DNA of 64,000 nucleotides from a virus (lineage: Duplodnaviria; Heunggongvirae; Uroviricota; Caudoviricetes): IMG/VR virus record IMGVR_UViG_3300029288_000055, positions 170,764 to 234,763 of that record; one strand, written 5' to 3'. Both the position numbers and the translations under genes were made by a program. This document shows positions 1 through 11,014 of this stretch, in pieces (within the stretch, counting starts at the first letter, position 1; each line of letters opens with the position of its first letter). The notes beneath the pieces are model-generated. The model was not told where the DNA came from. It made no database searches and saw nothing but the letters and a program-made list of their open reading frames with translations.

Positions 1-1560
1 ATCAAATGGGTTATACATTACAGGTGTTAACTGCATAGGTACGTAAGGAGCGTAAATGTAACCTGTTTCCAAGATACTTGTTCCTTTATGTCCAACTAAT
101 ACTGTGTTAGCTGGTGCGTATGGGTCACGATATACCTGATATCTTCCACTAAGAGTACCGATTTTTTCAATACCCATGTTATACTTATCCTGTTCAGGAG
201 CAGCATTACTTACGTGGAAATATTCAAGGTCATCGAATACTGCACTTACTTCAGGTGATACAACAATCCAAGAAGCTCCACCACGAAGGGTTGACTTATG
301 AATTTGTGCTGAAATCTGGTTGATCTTTGTAATCAATGTTTGATTCCAGTCTTTCTGTACACCATAATATGTAACAGTTCCTTTACGAAGACCATTATAG
401 TCCCATCTTGCAGTCCAAGCAGCACCACGTCTTAAATCACGAAGGATTTCACGGTCAATTTCAGCAGCCATTTGTTCTGAAAGAAGAGCAGTTAACTCAG
501 CTTCAGCGTCAATGTTGTGGAATGCACTAACGTCCTGTGCCAATTCAGGTGTCCACATAGCACGCATTTTACGTGTTTCTACAGATACTGTTACTTGGTC
601 AAGTACGAAAGTTACTTCAGCCATTCTTGAATCTTCTTCAAGATCACTGTATACTCTGTAAGTTGCAGTGAAAGTGATACCAGAAGCTACGGTTGAAGCA
701 CTAAGTGCTTGATATCCGTTTGTTCCAGCGTATTGTACGTCAGCAATAAGAACGATTTGACCAAGTTTGTTAACAATAGCCTGTCCGTATTTCTGAACTT
801 TTACGTTAAAAGGAATTGCCTGACCAGCAGTGATACTACCATCAGTTGCATAAGGAGCAGGAGCAACTAAGTTTACACTTGCAGTTACTCTTAAACCAGC
901 AAGAAATGATTCAGTGTCCATCGGAACACCAGCAGGACCAATCAATTTACCTTCATTTGTGATACTGAAACCACTCAATGTTAATGTAACATATTTATCA
1001 ACACCAACTGTCCAAGAAGAAGCTACTGTTGCGCCTGTTACGACTGTTAATTCACCTTTTGAACGATCAAATAATGAAGTACCTTCTTCTGCGTATTCGG
1101 TTGCATAGAAAGCATCATACAATGAACGACTTTCAAATTGTGTTTTTGCACTAAGTGCAAGAGTTGCAGCATTTCCATATGCACCATCTGGTGATGTATG
1201 TTGTAGACCTTGTGGTGCTACTCTAACGCTTGCTTTTGGATTGATGTAGTACAATTTACCAATCGGTAAGTTAAGTGCCTGTACAGACACGATGTCATTT
1301 GCTAACAATTTAGCAAACACTCTACGAATTACAGGGAATGCAACGGTTTCAAATTGTCCGCTTGATGTAGAATCTGATGATTCGTTAATCATATGTGACA
1401 ACTGGTTTTCGAATAACTGTGCGCAGTTTTCTTTCACGTTACCTTCAAGACCTTCCAAAAGTCCGATCTTTTCCCAACGGTTTGTTGTTATTTCTCTTTG
1501 TTCACGGAGTTGTTTTAAACCAATATTACCAACTTCCGCACTTTCCATTAAAAATCCCAT
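1..1560 (-). CDS. major capsid protein, T4 gp23-like (runs off the left edge)
   Basis: Manual translation: MGFLMESAEVGNIGLKQLREQ...FPVIRRVFAKLLANDIVSVQALNLPIGKLYY...YAPYVPMQLTPVMYNPFD, typical gp23 motifs. Missing from the ORF track because it is truncated. Confidence 0.95.
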   Translation of the reverse strand, partial: MGFLMESAEVGNIGLKQLREQREITTNRWEKIGLLEGLEGNVKENCAQLFENQLSHMINESSDSTSSGQFETVAFPVIRRVFAKLLANDIVSVQALNLPIGKLYYINPKASVRVAPQGLQHTSPDGAYGNAATLALSAKTQFESRSLYDAFYATEYAEEGTSLFDRSKGELTVVTGATVASSWTVGVDKYVTLTLSGFSITNEGKLIGPAGVPMDTESFLAGLRVTASVNLVAPAPYATDGSITAGQAIPFNVKVQKYGQAIVNKLGQIVLIADVQYAGTNGYQALSASTVASGITFTATYRVYSDLEEDSRMAEVTFVLDQVTVSVETRKMRAMWTPELAQDVSAFHNIDAEAELTALLSEQMAAEIDREILRDLRRGAAWTARWDYNGLRKGTVTYYGVQKDWNQTLITKINQISAQIHKSTLRGGASWIVVSPEVSAVFDDLEYFHVSNAAPEQDKYNMGIEKIGTLSGRYQVYRDPYAPANTVLVGHKGTSILETGYIYAPYVPMQLTPVMYNPFD

Positions 1561-1580
1561 TTTATAAATGTTTTAAATTT

Positions 1581-3212
1581 TTACTTTATTATTTTTTTGC
1601 CTCTGTTTTCTATGGTTTCAATAAGTTTTCTCATTCTCTGAATGTGTTTATCGTCTGCATAGGCTGTTTTTTCAACTACTTCATCGAGTTTTTGTTTTGA
1701 AGACGGCTGTATAGAAGCAGATACTTTATTTTCAATACTTTCTGTAAGAGTTTTCTTACCTACCTTCATTTCTGAAATAAGGTTCTTATAAACTTTTACC
1801 GATGAAGCGATACTATCAACTTTTTTAAATTCATTGATAATTTTAATTTTATCCTCTTGTGTCAACGCCAGTTCTTCATTTACCAATAGGTTATTTACAT
1901 GAGCCAAATTGGTATTGAAAACTGCCATTTCTTTCAACTGTCCACGATATTTGTCCAGTGCGGATTTGTAACTTTCAACTAAAACTGTAACAGTTTCTTT
2001 ATATTTCTTAGTTTCGTTTAATTTTTTAGTCAATTTCTTGTTTTCTTCAATTAAACTACTAATCTTTTTCTGTGATTCTTCCATGCCTCCACGCATAGCG
2101 GGACGCATTTTGCTAACTGCACTTTGTTTGTATTCTACACCCGGTAAAGCAGCAGTTACTTTCTTTTGATTTCCAAGTGTACGTGTTTGACTTTCTTCAA
2201 CTGATGGTTCACTTGCACCCAATACTGCATTAATGTCTTCTTCTGAAATTTCCATTGTTTCTCCAAGTTCATCAATCATAGGTTGAGTAGGTCCGCCAGC
2301 ATTTACCTTGTTAGCACCTTGACCACCATTATTTTTTTGTTCTTCCATGCCTTTTTCGTCAATTAATTTGTTATCATATGCACCTTGATGCATTTGATCT
2401 AATGGGAAATTTCCTTGATGCATTTCACTAACGCCAGCACCTTTAATTATACTATCGAGTTTGTTTCTCATTTCAACAAGTTCATTATATGGAATACCAC
2501 TTTCTTTTGCACCTTGATCTTGACCAGCACTTGCATTAACGCCATCAAGTTCTTCAGCCATATTTCCCATATTTGCAATTTCTTCTTCGATTTGCTCCAT
2601 TGTAAGGAGTTCATCCATTGGTTGTGCACCATCTAAAGATTTATCCACACCAATTTGATCAAATTCTGATAAATTATAATTTTCAGAAACATCTTTTTTT
2701 GCATTTGCAATTGGTTTTCCTGAAGTTGGACCTTTAAGTTTTTCGTTAAAAATTTTTCCCTTTTCAGCTTCGCCTTTACCTTGATTTGGTGTATCGCCTT
2801 CAACATCTCCCATGAAATCTTTATCACGTTCTTCGTCAATTTTAGTAGCTTTTTTAGCCTTTTCATCAAATGGGTCACCCTTACCAACAGTATCAGTAAT
2901 TTTTACATCTTCTGCTACTTTTGCAACAGCTTTTGGCTTTTCTGCAAAAGGTTTTCCGCTACCAGCAGTTTCTTTAACAACCTTTGGGGTCTCTTTCAAA
3001 TTTTTCATATCAGATTCTTTATTTGTTTCAGCACTATCTATATTAGATTCTTTTGCTGATTTATTTTTATTTAATTCTTCTTTCAATATATTGTTGAATT
3101 CCTTTGGGAATTCATCAGCCAATCTTTTTTTAGCATTAGCATCCGCAGCCTGTTGAATATCTTTATAGTCAGCCAAGGCTTCTTTTACTATCGATTTTTT
3201 TTCGTCTTTCAT
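1581..3212 (-). CDS. prohead core/scaffold protein (gp22-like)
   Basis: Acidic, coiled-coil-like 543 aa protein located between the protease and MCP genes. Confidence 0.75.
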   Translation of the reverse strand: MKDEKKSIVKEALADYKDIQQAADANAKKRLADEFPKEFNNILKEELNKNKSAKESNIDSAETNKESDMKNLKETPKVVKETAGSGKPFAEKPKAVAKVAEDVKITDTVGKGDPFDEKAKKATKIDEERDKDFMGDVEGDTPNQGKGEAEKGKIFNEKLKGPTSGKPIANAKKDVSENYNLSEFDQIGVDKSLDGAQPMDELLTMEQIEEEIANMGNMAEELDGVNASAGQDQGAKESGIPYNELVEMRNKLDSIIKGAGVSEMHQGNFPLDQMHQGAYDNKLIDEKGMEEQKNNGGQGANKVNAGGPTQPMIDELGETMEISEEDINAVLGASEPSVEESQTRTLGNQKKVTAALPGVEYKQSAVSKMRPAMRGGMEESQKKISSLIEENKKLTKKLNETKKYKETVTVLVESYKSALDKYRGQLKEMAVFNTNLAHVNNLLVNEELALTQEDKIKIINEFKKVDSIASSVKVYKNLISEMKVGKKTLTESIENKVSASIQPSSKQKLDEVVEKTAYADDKHIQRMRKLIETIENRGKKIIK

Positions 3213-3353
3213 ACTATTTTGTATCGTATCTAATACTATAATTTTTATATAAATACATTATTTTTATGAAAAAGCATACTTTTTAATTAAAACATCTTTA
3301 ATTTTCTTGCTTTTCAAAAAAATAATGTTTATATTCTGCACTTATAAATTCCA

Positions 3354-4055
3354 TTATAATAAGAACTTATTAACAGCAGTTAATATTTTATTATCTTCTT
3401 CCTTAAGATAAATGCCATTCTTTAATACATAATTTTCACCAAATCCTTTACTACCTTTATGTTCTGGAAATAAAAATGCACCCGGAGTACTTGGTGTTGC
3501 AACTAAGTCAAAACCAATTAATTCAAAATCATTTTGAACAAGATTTTCACCATTTATTTCTTTAAGTGTACCAACTCCACGAGAAGATATTCCTAATTTT
3601 ATTTTGTTTTGTAAATACAATACAATCTTATCACCAACTACGGAAACAACACCATAACGAATGTAACCCGGTGATACAATAATTTTTAATTGTCCATATA
3701 AAACATTTTCTTGTTCACCTTCACCCCACCACATTTTTGTTATCATATGTGAGATATTCTGGAGTGAAATAATACTACTATCAGGGTGGTCTGCTTCTGA
3801 AACAGCACTATTGGTACTAACCAAATCCTGATAGATATTAACTTGTGGTACTAAAACATCTTTGGGGTAAATACGTCCATTTTTATTTTTTACTCCCCAC
3901 TTCTGTAATATACAGTTAATTAAAACAGGTTCATTTGGTTTAAGTTCAAAGTTTTCATTGAGAATATCTTTGTTGATCTCTGAATTAATATAACCAGCAT
4001 CTGTTTCTATTAGAATTCCAAATCCAGTTTCACCTTTTTGCAGTATTTTGCTCAT
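3354..4055 (-). CDS. prohead core protease (gp21-like)
   Basis: KNKNGRIYP, EADHP, GISSRGVG and FDLVATPSTPGA motifs. Confidence 0.92.
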   Translation of the reverse strand: MSKILQKGETGFGILIETDAGYINSEINKDILNENFELKPNEPVLINCILQKWGVKNKNGRIYPKDVLVPQVNIYQDLVSTNSAVSEADHPDSSIISLQNISHMITKMWWGEGEQENVLYGQLKIIVSPGYIRYGVVSVVGDKIVLYLQNKIKLGISSRGVGTLKEINGENLVQNDFELIGFDLVATPSTPGAFLFPEHKGSKGFGENYVLKNGIYLKEEDNKILTAVNKFLL

Positions 4056-4252
4056 GTTAAATTTCTTTATATATAAATAGTTATGTAAAGTATTTTAGCT
4101 CAACAACTACTTTAGGTTTTTCTTCTTGTACAGCAATTTCTCGGATAATTTCAATATCTTCAATGAATATGCGTGTTTCTAATTCTTTTAATATAGTGCC
4201 AAGCTGTAAGTTAACTTCTTTGAGCTTATCCAATTTTGTCATAATAAATATG

Positions 4253-4681
4253 TTAATCCTTCGATGTTAATTTTTCAATTTTTCCCTGAATCTCAATAAG
4301 TTTTTGCATAATCTTTTCTGATTCTGATTTACTAAGTTTGTCGGTTAAATCTAATAAAGTAGAAACACCGTTCAATACATGTAAGGTTTCTTTTTCTGAT
4401 TCCATCCATTGACGGGTTCTTTCTTCTTCACGTTTTAACATTTCCACTCTTATTTTTTCCAATGTATCAGTATGATCTTTTCTAATCAAATCAATTTTAG
4501 CTACATGTTGTTGTAATTGCATTGCTTTCATTTCTGCAGTCTTTTTTTTCAGCAACCATGTCATTCTTAAAAATATTAAGATTGAAATAATACTCATACC
4601 AATAATAAGTAAAGCGATAATTAAATGTTGATGAGCAAGCGATGCTGGTTCAGATTGTAATAATATTTCAAGAAGTATCAT
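4253..4681 (-). CDS. membrane protein with coiled-coil tail
   Basis: One hydrophobic segment near the N-terminus, then a charged helix. Confidence 0.5.
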   Translation of the reverse strand: MILLEILLQSEPASLAHQHLIIALLIIGMSIISILIFLRMTWLLKKKTAEMKAMQLQQHVAKIDLIRKDHTDTLEKIRVEMLKREEERTRQWMESEKETLHVLNGVSTLLDLTDKLSKSESEKIMQKLIEIQGKIEKLTSKD

Positions 4682-4776
4682 ATTTTTCTTTTTATAATAA
4701 ATAGTCAGAAGAACTCGTTTGGTACTTTAATTTATATGTTTTTTATTAGCACGTATTTATAGATAAAATTAAAAGA

Positions 4777-7700
4777 ATGGCAACAGTAAACACTGGAAAC
4801 ATAATCCTACTCGACCCTAATACGGTGAATACCAATCCTAACATTACAAATGGAGTTCCACAATATCAAGACATGTTCATTTTTGCAGAACTAAGAGCAA
4901 TACGTAAAGGAAGAACTGTGTTAGAAACAATGAGCGAAAGAGGTACTGGTGCTAACGTTATGATAACAGGATTAGAAGATATTAAAGAAGTAAATTTTCT
5001 TGGTATAAATCAAAATTCTAAAAGTCCTGATTATCGAAAATTTACCACAAGATATTATGATGGTAGCAATGACAACAATATTCAATATGAAGGTTTTGGT
5101 ATGAGTAATATTAAGGTAACTATTAATTCATCATTCATTCCGCAGGTAAGTATTCAGTTTATTGACGTAAGAGGTTTAGCGTTTTTTAATCGTGAAAATT
5201 CTCCATATAGAATACTGTTTGATTTTCCACCACCAATTTTTTATCTTAAGATTAAAGGTTATTATGGTAAGGCATTAGAATATAAATTACACCTTGTTAA
5301 ATACACTTCTAATTTTAAGTCAGAAAACGGTAATTATGTAATTGATGCACAATTTGTTGCAGTTACATATGCTCCTTTGACTGATGTTTTATTCAGGTAT
5401 ATTGTTAATTTTCCATTAATACCTCTATCAAATGGTGCAATATCATTAAGTGCAAATCCAAACGTTCCGCCTAAAAACACATATGAATTAATTTTAAAGC
5501 TAAAAAATTTATATGATAATGTTCAAAAGGAGCTTAAATCGCTTTCTGAAACACAAAAATATGACTCTACATTAAATCTATTAACAAATAATACTTCGGT
5601 TGTGTCAATGATTGCTGATTATAAACATAAATTAAGAGATAGTGCAGGTAATGCATATTTAGTATCAGTAGATACATCAGTGCCATATTCACAAACTGCT
5701 TCAAATGCAATGCCATTATATCCTTTTGTAATTAATAACAATAGCCAACCAACATTGGTTGACGAAAAAAATATTGTTACAATAACAAGTTTTTCTGATT
5801 ACGATAATATAATTAAATCACTTGGCATACCAGCCACTCAAACAAATACAACAAAAAGATTATATATTGTATGTGTTTCTGGTAAAATATCTACAATACC
5901 ATATACTGGTGTTGAAGATATTACAACAAAAGTTGGTTTAGCTATGGATACATATAAAGCAGAATTAATAAATGCATATAAAGATGCTGGTAATTCAAAT
6001 ACGAATATTAGTATACCTTCAGTATATTTTAGTAATCCATATGATGTAACAATATTTAGAGATAATAAACCTTCAACAATATATACTGGTCTTGATATTA
6101 CTAACTTTTATACGAAATTATATAAAGACAGAGTAGCATTAAATCAAACAAAAGCTACACTTAGCAATACAATTAACGGGATTATTAACAATATGATAAT
6201 GAAAAATCTTGGCATGATGCCAACGATCTATAACATATTCAATATAATTTTAAATGATGTTGACACATTTTTTCAAACATTAAGAGATACTTCAATTAGT
6301 TCAGAACAACATCACAATCAAGCTGATTACAATAAAATCATATTAAGTAAATCACCAGATCAATTTGCTGACATAAATCCACAAACAAATACAACTAAAT
6401 TATTTTCATTTCCATTAGTAATTGATACTCAAAATATCTGTGGTGGACAAAGACAAGTAAAGGTTTCACCAGTAAAAATCAGCCAATTATTGCCACAACC
6501 ATTTCCTGAACTTACATTGGTAGAAAGTTTTGTTGAAACATTTAATAAGCAGAGAAATTTTAGTCAGCTTATGAATGCAAAAAATGAATTAAATGATGAT
6601 GGTACATATAAATGGATACCTGTTTCACCGCTTGATTCAAAACTCGGAAGTCCTACTACTCAAACTGCTTATTCGGGTCCGTATTTTGGAGTAGATACCA
6701 TTGATGGTGGCGGTAGCGTAATGCCAGTTAACGTAAGTAACGAAAAGAGATTAGCTCAAGTAATAAAAATAATGTTGGATAGATTCTATATTATATCACA
6801 AAGTTCATATCCTACAAGTTTTTATGATACTGACAAAAAGGTTAGTAAAGCATATGTTGAATTCTTTGCAAAATCAGAAGCAGCCAATTTAGCAAACTCT
6901 ATTACTGAAACAAAATATTCAAACAATATAAAAGATAATGCTAATAAATTTAGTAATATTGATAATTTTTACGCATATTTAAGTAACCCAAAGAATAATA
7001 TTCTTGATCATTATATATTTACACAAGCTGAAAGAACCTCATTTCCATTAGCTGGCGACATACCAGCAGATAATGATGCTTATGTAGATAAAACTAATTC
7101 AAATTATATGGGTAGTATTGTAAAAAATGAAAAAATTGATATACAAACATTTACAAAGGACAATACAAAACCCGTTAATGCATTTCAAAATGATGTAATG
7201 AGAGGTTTATTTGGAAACATATTTAAAGGTAGAACTGCTGAAGATTTTTACAATTTTACGAACGAAAATTTATTGTATATTATAGATAAGTTCAGTAAAG
7301 ATCACGAAGAAGATAGTGATAAAGTTATTCTTGATAATAATAATACTAATATTAAAACAAGATTTTTGGATTCAAATGCATACGGAATAGTTCCAGATTT
7401 TCCAACCACAAAAGTACAAATTGGTGAAAATCAAGTTAATAAAATAGATGTAATTCCAAAATTATTAGCAAGTGGCAACACTTATTTTTATAATAAAAAT
7501 ATTGGTGGTTTTAATAAAAGTACGGCACAAAACCTAAAAAGTTTTGATAAGATCATCAATCCTTGGATAGATCAATTATCAAAACATGATGATGCTATAA
7601 AAAAAACAATATTTAGCGGTAATAACCCACTTTATAATCAAAAATTAAGTGCATTACTATTTTTATCAAATTATGGTTATACGTTAGGACCATTCAACCA

Positions 7701-10173
7701 ATATCCACATAAATTAAATCAATTAATTTTCAATATTGCAGGAGTTATAGAAACACCAACATACCTGCCAGCATATATCGGTGCAATATTAACTGCAATA
7801 GATGGCATTGACCCAACATTTACCGTACAAAAAATAGAAGATTTTTTTACTACTGGTGAAGGACAGGTTCTGGATAGTTTTGGTCTATTTATATTTGCTG
7901 ATATTCATGATATTGATAAATATTTATCTGCAAAAGATAAACAAGTTTATAAAGAACAGTTTGATCTGTTTATGAGTAGTGGTCAATATAATACAATCTT
8001 AACTGGTGTTCAAAATATGTATAAAGACGTAACTGGTAAAACTGTTACTTTAAATAATAGTGTTAATGAAATAATAGCACAAAAGAAAAAATTATATGAC
8101 TTTTATCTAAATCCAAAATCAACAGAAAGTGGTTCGGGATTTAGATATTATGAAATTCTTACACCATTAATTACCAGAACTAATATAATAAATTATAGTG
8201 ACATAACGTTTAGCACTGGCACAACCAAAACAGGATATATATCACTTCAAACTTTAAATGCAGATACTACACATCCAAAAATAAAAATGGTTAACGACTC
8301 ATTTTTCCAAACATTCTTTTCTGAATTATCTTCTAAGATAAGTACAAAACAATCTGATTTGAAAAAAGAAGAAATTGCAAACAACAAATTAAAAGGTGAT
8401 GAAGACATTATAACACAAACATATTATTCGTTCAAAAATATTAATGACAAGTGGCTTACAAACCCCGAAAATGCAAATGTTAGGGGTTATCCATCAAATG
8501 AGGTTGGTAAAAGTTTAATTGATTCATTTGCTTTTGTTGACAGGGCAATGAATCCAATTGGCGATACAATAATAAACGCTGAAATACTATTACAAATGCT
8601 TGATGACCCAAATATTTCAGTTTTCAGTGTGATATCACAAATATTGTCACTTAATGGCTTTGAATTTTTTCCATTACAAAACTTCATGTCTTATACTCAA
8701 GATAGTTGGACTGAATCATTTATGATCAGCACTGATGTAAATACAACACCACGAGCAACATTTGTCTGTATGCTTATTGGCGGTACTTCAAGTTATCCTA
8801 CAGGAGTAGCAAATGGTTTTGTTGATGATGGTATTACTGATTTAAGTACTCAAGCAACTGTTGACTTTAAAACAAAACCACCAATTGACTCTGTGACAAA
8901 ACAGTTAAATCCAAATATATCAATAAATTCTGAAGATGGTAAACAGGTTTCAAGAAATAATAAATTTCCTTGGGGACAAGTTAGAGCATTTAGAGTAAAA
9001 TTTGGCGAACAGAATCAGTCAATGTTTCTTGATATGAAAATTGATAGTAAAGAATATCCAGAAACAAATGAATCAATTCAAATTTTGGCAAGGTTAGCTG
9101 GTGATAATAAAATACAAGCACCTGTACCTAAAGGTCAGAATTTATTTAACTTATATGAAAATAGAGCATATAAAGCAACTATCATGGGTATGGGAAATGC
9201 TATGATTCAACCAACGCAATATTTTCAATTGGAAAATGTACCGCTTTTTAGTGGAGCATATATTATATTAGGTGTTGAACATATAATTGAACCAAATAAA
9301 ATGAACACAAATTTTTATGGTACAAAAATACTTAGATATCCAGTTCCAAGAGTATTAAATCCTGCAGCAATTATGGGATTTGATGGTGGCGATTCCGATG
9401 AAACAAGTCTTAGTGATAAGTCTGCTGGCGAACTTACAAAAGGAGTTCAGGCAATAACAATGTCACAACCAAGAATAGATAAACTAAATTCTGTTTTTGG
9501 TATAGATGTTTCTAAGTGGCAAGAAAATTTCAATTGGACTAATGCAGTTAAAAGCACCAATCCTGATTTTCCAAACCCTCAATTTGCACTAATAAAAGCA
9601 AGTCAAGGAGAATCTAAAGATAGATTTGTAATGATGAATGCTAATGGTGCAAAAACCGCTGGATTAAAAATTGGATATTATCACTATGCAAAACAATATA
9701 TTGGTGCAAATATTGAAGCAAATATTATTGCTGATGCAAAAACACAAGCAAATTTCTTTGTAAGCACTGTCCAAAGTTTACCACATGCACCAGATTTTCC
9801 GCTTATATTGGATATGGAAGATGAAACTGATGCTAATGGTAATATAATTCGTGGTTGGTCGGTAGATAAAAAGGTTAACGATAAATGGATTAATACATTT
9901 GTTGCTGAATTAAAAAATAAAGGATATAATACAATTCTTTATGGTGGTAAACCATTTTATACTGAAAAAACAAGCAATAATTTTGGTTCACAACCATTAT
10001 GGCATGCACAATATCCAGAAAAACCCGAACAAACCAACCCGACAATTGCAACAGGATGGAAAGACTGGACTATATGGCAATTTAGTTCTAAAGGTAAGAT
10101 TAATGGAAATAAAGGTGATGTTGATATAAGTGTAATGAGAAAAAATTTCTTTGATTCGCCTAATACAGCTTAA
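4777..10173 (+). CDS. baseplate hub-like virion protein with C-terminal GH25 muramidase
   Basis: C-terminal GIDVSKWQ, IKASQG, GYYHYA, LDME, WHAQY, WQFSSKG (GH25); hub-like GNAMIQPTQYFQLENVPLFSGAYIILGVEH segment. Confidence 0.75.
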   Translation: MATVNTGNIILLDPNTVNTNPNITNGVPQYQDMFIFAELRAIRKGRTVLETMSERGTGANVMITGLEDIKEVNFLGINQNSKSPDYRKFTTRYYDGSNDNNIQYEGFGMSNIKVTINSSFIPQVSIQFIDVRGLAFFNRENSPYRILFDFPPPIFYLKIKGYYGKALEYKLHLVKYTSNFKSENGNYVIDAQFVAVTYAPLTDVLFRYIVNFPLIPLSNGAISLSANPNVPPKNTYELILKLKNLYDNVQKELKSLSETQKYDSTLNLLTNNTSVVSMIADYKHKLRDSAGNAYLVSVDTSVPYSQTASNAMPLYPFVINNNSQPTLVDEKNIVTITSFSDYDNIIKSLGIPATQTNTTKRLYIVCVSGKISTIPYTGVEDITTKVGLAMDTYKAELINAYKDAGNSNTNISIPSVYFSNPYDVTIFRDNKPSTIYTGLDITNFYTKLYKDRVALNQTKATLSNTINGIINNMIMKNLGMMPTIYNIFNIILNDVDTFFQTLRDTSISSEQHHNQADYNKIILSKSPDQFADINPQTNTTKLFSFPLVIDTQNICGGQRQVKVSPVKISQLLPQPFPELTLVESFVETFNKQRNFSQLMNAKNELNDDGTYKWIPVSPLDSKLGSPTTQTAYSGPYFGVDTIDGGGSVMPVNVSNEKRLAQVIKIMLDRFYIISQSSYPTSFYDTDKKVSKAYVEFFAKSEAANLANSITETKYSNNIKDNANKFSNIDNFYAYLSNPKNNILDHYIFTQAERTSFPLAGDIPADNDAYVDKTNSNYMGSIVKNEKIDIQTFTKDNTKPVNAFQNDVMRGLFGNIFKGRTAEDFYNFTNENLLYIIDKFSKDHEEDSDKVILDNNNTNIKTRFLDSNAYGIVPDFPTTKVQIGENQVNKIDVIPKLLASGNTYFYNKNIGGFNKSTAQNLKSFDKIINPWIDQLSKHDDAIKKTIFSGNNPLYNQKLSALLFLSNYGYTLGPFNQYPHKLNQLIFNIAGVIETPTYLPAYIGAILTAIDGIDPTFTVQKIEDFFTTGEGQVLDSFGLFIFADIHDIDKYLSAKDKQVYKEQFDLFMSSGQYNTILTGVQNMYKDVTGKTVTLNNSVNEIIAQKKKLYDFYLNPKSTESGSGFRYYEILTPLITRTNIINYSDITFSTGTTKTGYISLQTLNADTTHPKIKMVNDSFFQTFFSELSSKISTKQSDLKKEEIANNKLKGDEDIITQTYYSFKNINDKWLTNPENANVRGYPSNEVGKSLIDSFAFVDRAMNPIGDTIINAEILLQMLDDPNISVFSVISQILSLNGFEFFPLQNFMSYTQDSWTESFMISTDVNTTPRATFVCMLIGGTSSYPTGVANGFVDDGITDLSTQATVDFKTKPPIDSVTKQLNPNISINSEDGKQVSRNNKFPWGQVRAFRVKFGEQNQSMFLDMKIDSKEYPETNESIQILARLAGDNKIQAPVPKGQNLFNLYENRAYKATIMGMGNAMIQPTQYFQLENVPLFSGAYIILGVEHIIEPNKMNTNFYGTKILRYPVPRVLNPAAIMGFDGGDSDETSLSDKSAGELTKGVQAITMSQPRIDKLNSVFGIDVSKWQENFNWTNAVKSTNPDFPNPQFALIKASQGESKDRFVMMNANGAKTAGLKIGYYHYAKQYIGANIEANIIADAKTQANFFVSTVQSLPHAPDFPLILDMEDETDANGNIIRGWSVDKKVNDKWINTFVAELKNKGYNTILYGGKPFYTEKTSNNFGSQPLWHAQYPEKPEQTNPTIATGWKDWTIWQFSSKGKINGNKGDVDISVMRKNFFDSPNTA

Positions 10174-10959
10174 TTATAATAATTCTTTTTTTAGTTCATA
10201 TAAACCAATAATATCATTATCTACTGTTTGCGGATTGAATTTCATTTCCTTTAATTTTTTAATGGCACTTGCAATTCTTTCTTTTGCAATAGCATCATTT
10301 TCATTTACATTTTCCAAGATATTTAAATTATCAATTTTATATGTTTCAAGAAGGTTAGCTTTTTCATTATCATCAGATTTTATTAATTTCTGAAGTAATG
10401 TTCTATCATCTTCAGTTAATGATTCATATTTAGTATTGAATTTATCAACGGCAATTTCAATAACATCCTCATTTACAAGATCAGAAACCTCAATACTTTC
10501 AGTAAGACTTTGCTTATTGTTTTTAACATGTTCTAAAACAAGTGTAAATGATTCGTGAATATTATCTACATCTATTTTATCATAATTACTCAAAGATTCT
10601 TTAATTAAATTACCTATAGCAATATATAATTGAACCCTATTATCGTCAACCTGAACATCTTCTGTAAGAAATGGTTTTAATTTTTGGTGTTCTTTTTCAA
10701 TTTCTTTAAGCGTCCAAACTTCAAATAATTTAATATTATTATCAATATAACGTGTTGCAACCAAATCATTATCAATATGTTTATTTTCGATATTATTAAA
10801 TACCTTGAATTCTAATTGTAAAATTGGTGAATTTTTTACGACAGCAAAAAAATCGTTTGTTAATTCTTTTGATTCCTCAATTAAAGTGTTACTAAAGTAA
10901 GCGTCTTTTAATTTTTTAGAAACCACTAAATTAACAATTCCTATATTAATGCTTTTCAT
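10174..10959 (-). CDS. hypothetical head-module protein
   Basis: 261 aa ORF downstream of portal, preceded by the GTATTTAT motif. Confidence 0.55.
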   Translation of the reverse strand: MKSINIGIVNLVVSKKLKDAYFSNTLIEESKELTNDFFAVVKNSPILQLEFKVFNNIENKHIDNDLVATRYIDNNIKLFEVWTLKEIEKEHQKLKPFLTEDVQVDDNRVQLYIAIGNLIKESLSNYDKIDVDNIHESFTLVLEHVKNNKQSLTESIEVSDLVNEDVIEIAVDKFNTKYESLTEDDRTLLQKLIKSDDNEKANLLETYKIDNLNILENVNENDAIAKERIASAIKKLKEMKFNPQTVDNDIIGLYELKKELL

Positions 10960-11014
10960 ATGATCTAATTTGATTTATTATAAATACTGTAATTAACTAT
11001 AAATGTATATTTTA

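Noticed and set aside
914-3156. Plus-strand ORFs opposite the MCP and scaffold (also 11031, 18375)
   Set aside because: Antisense shadows of well-supported minus-strand genes.
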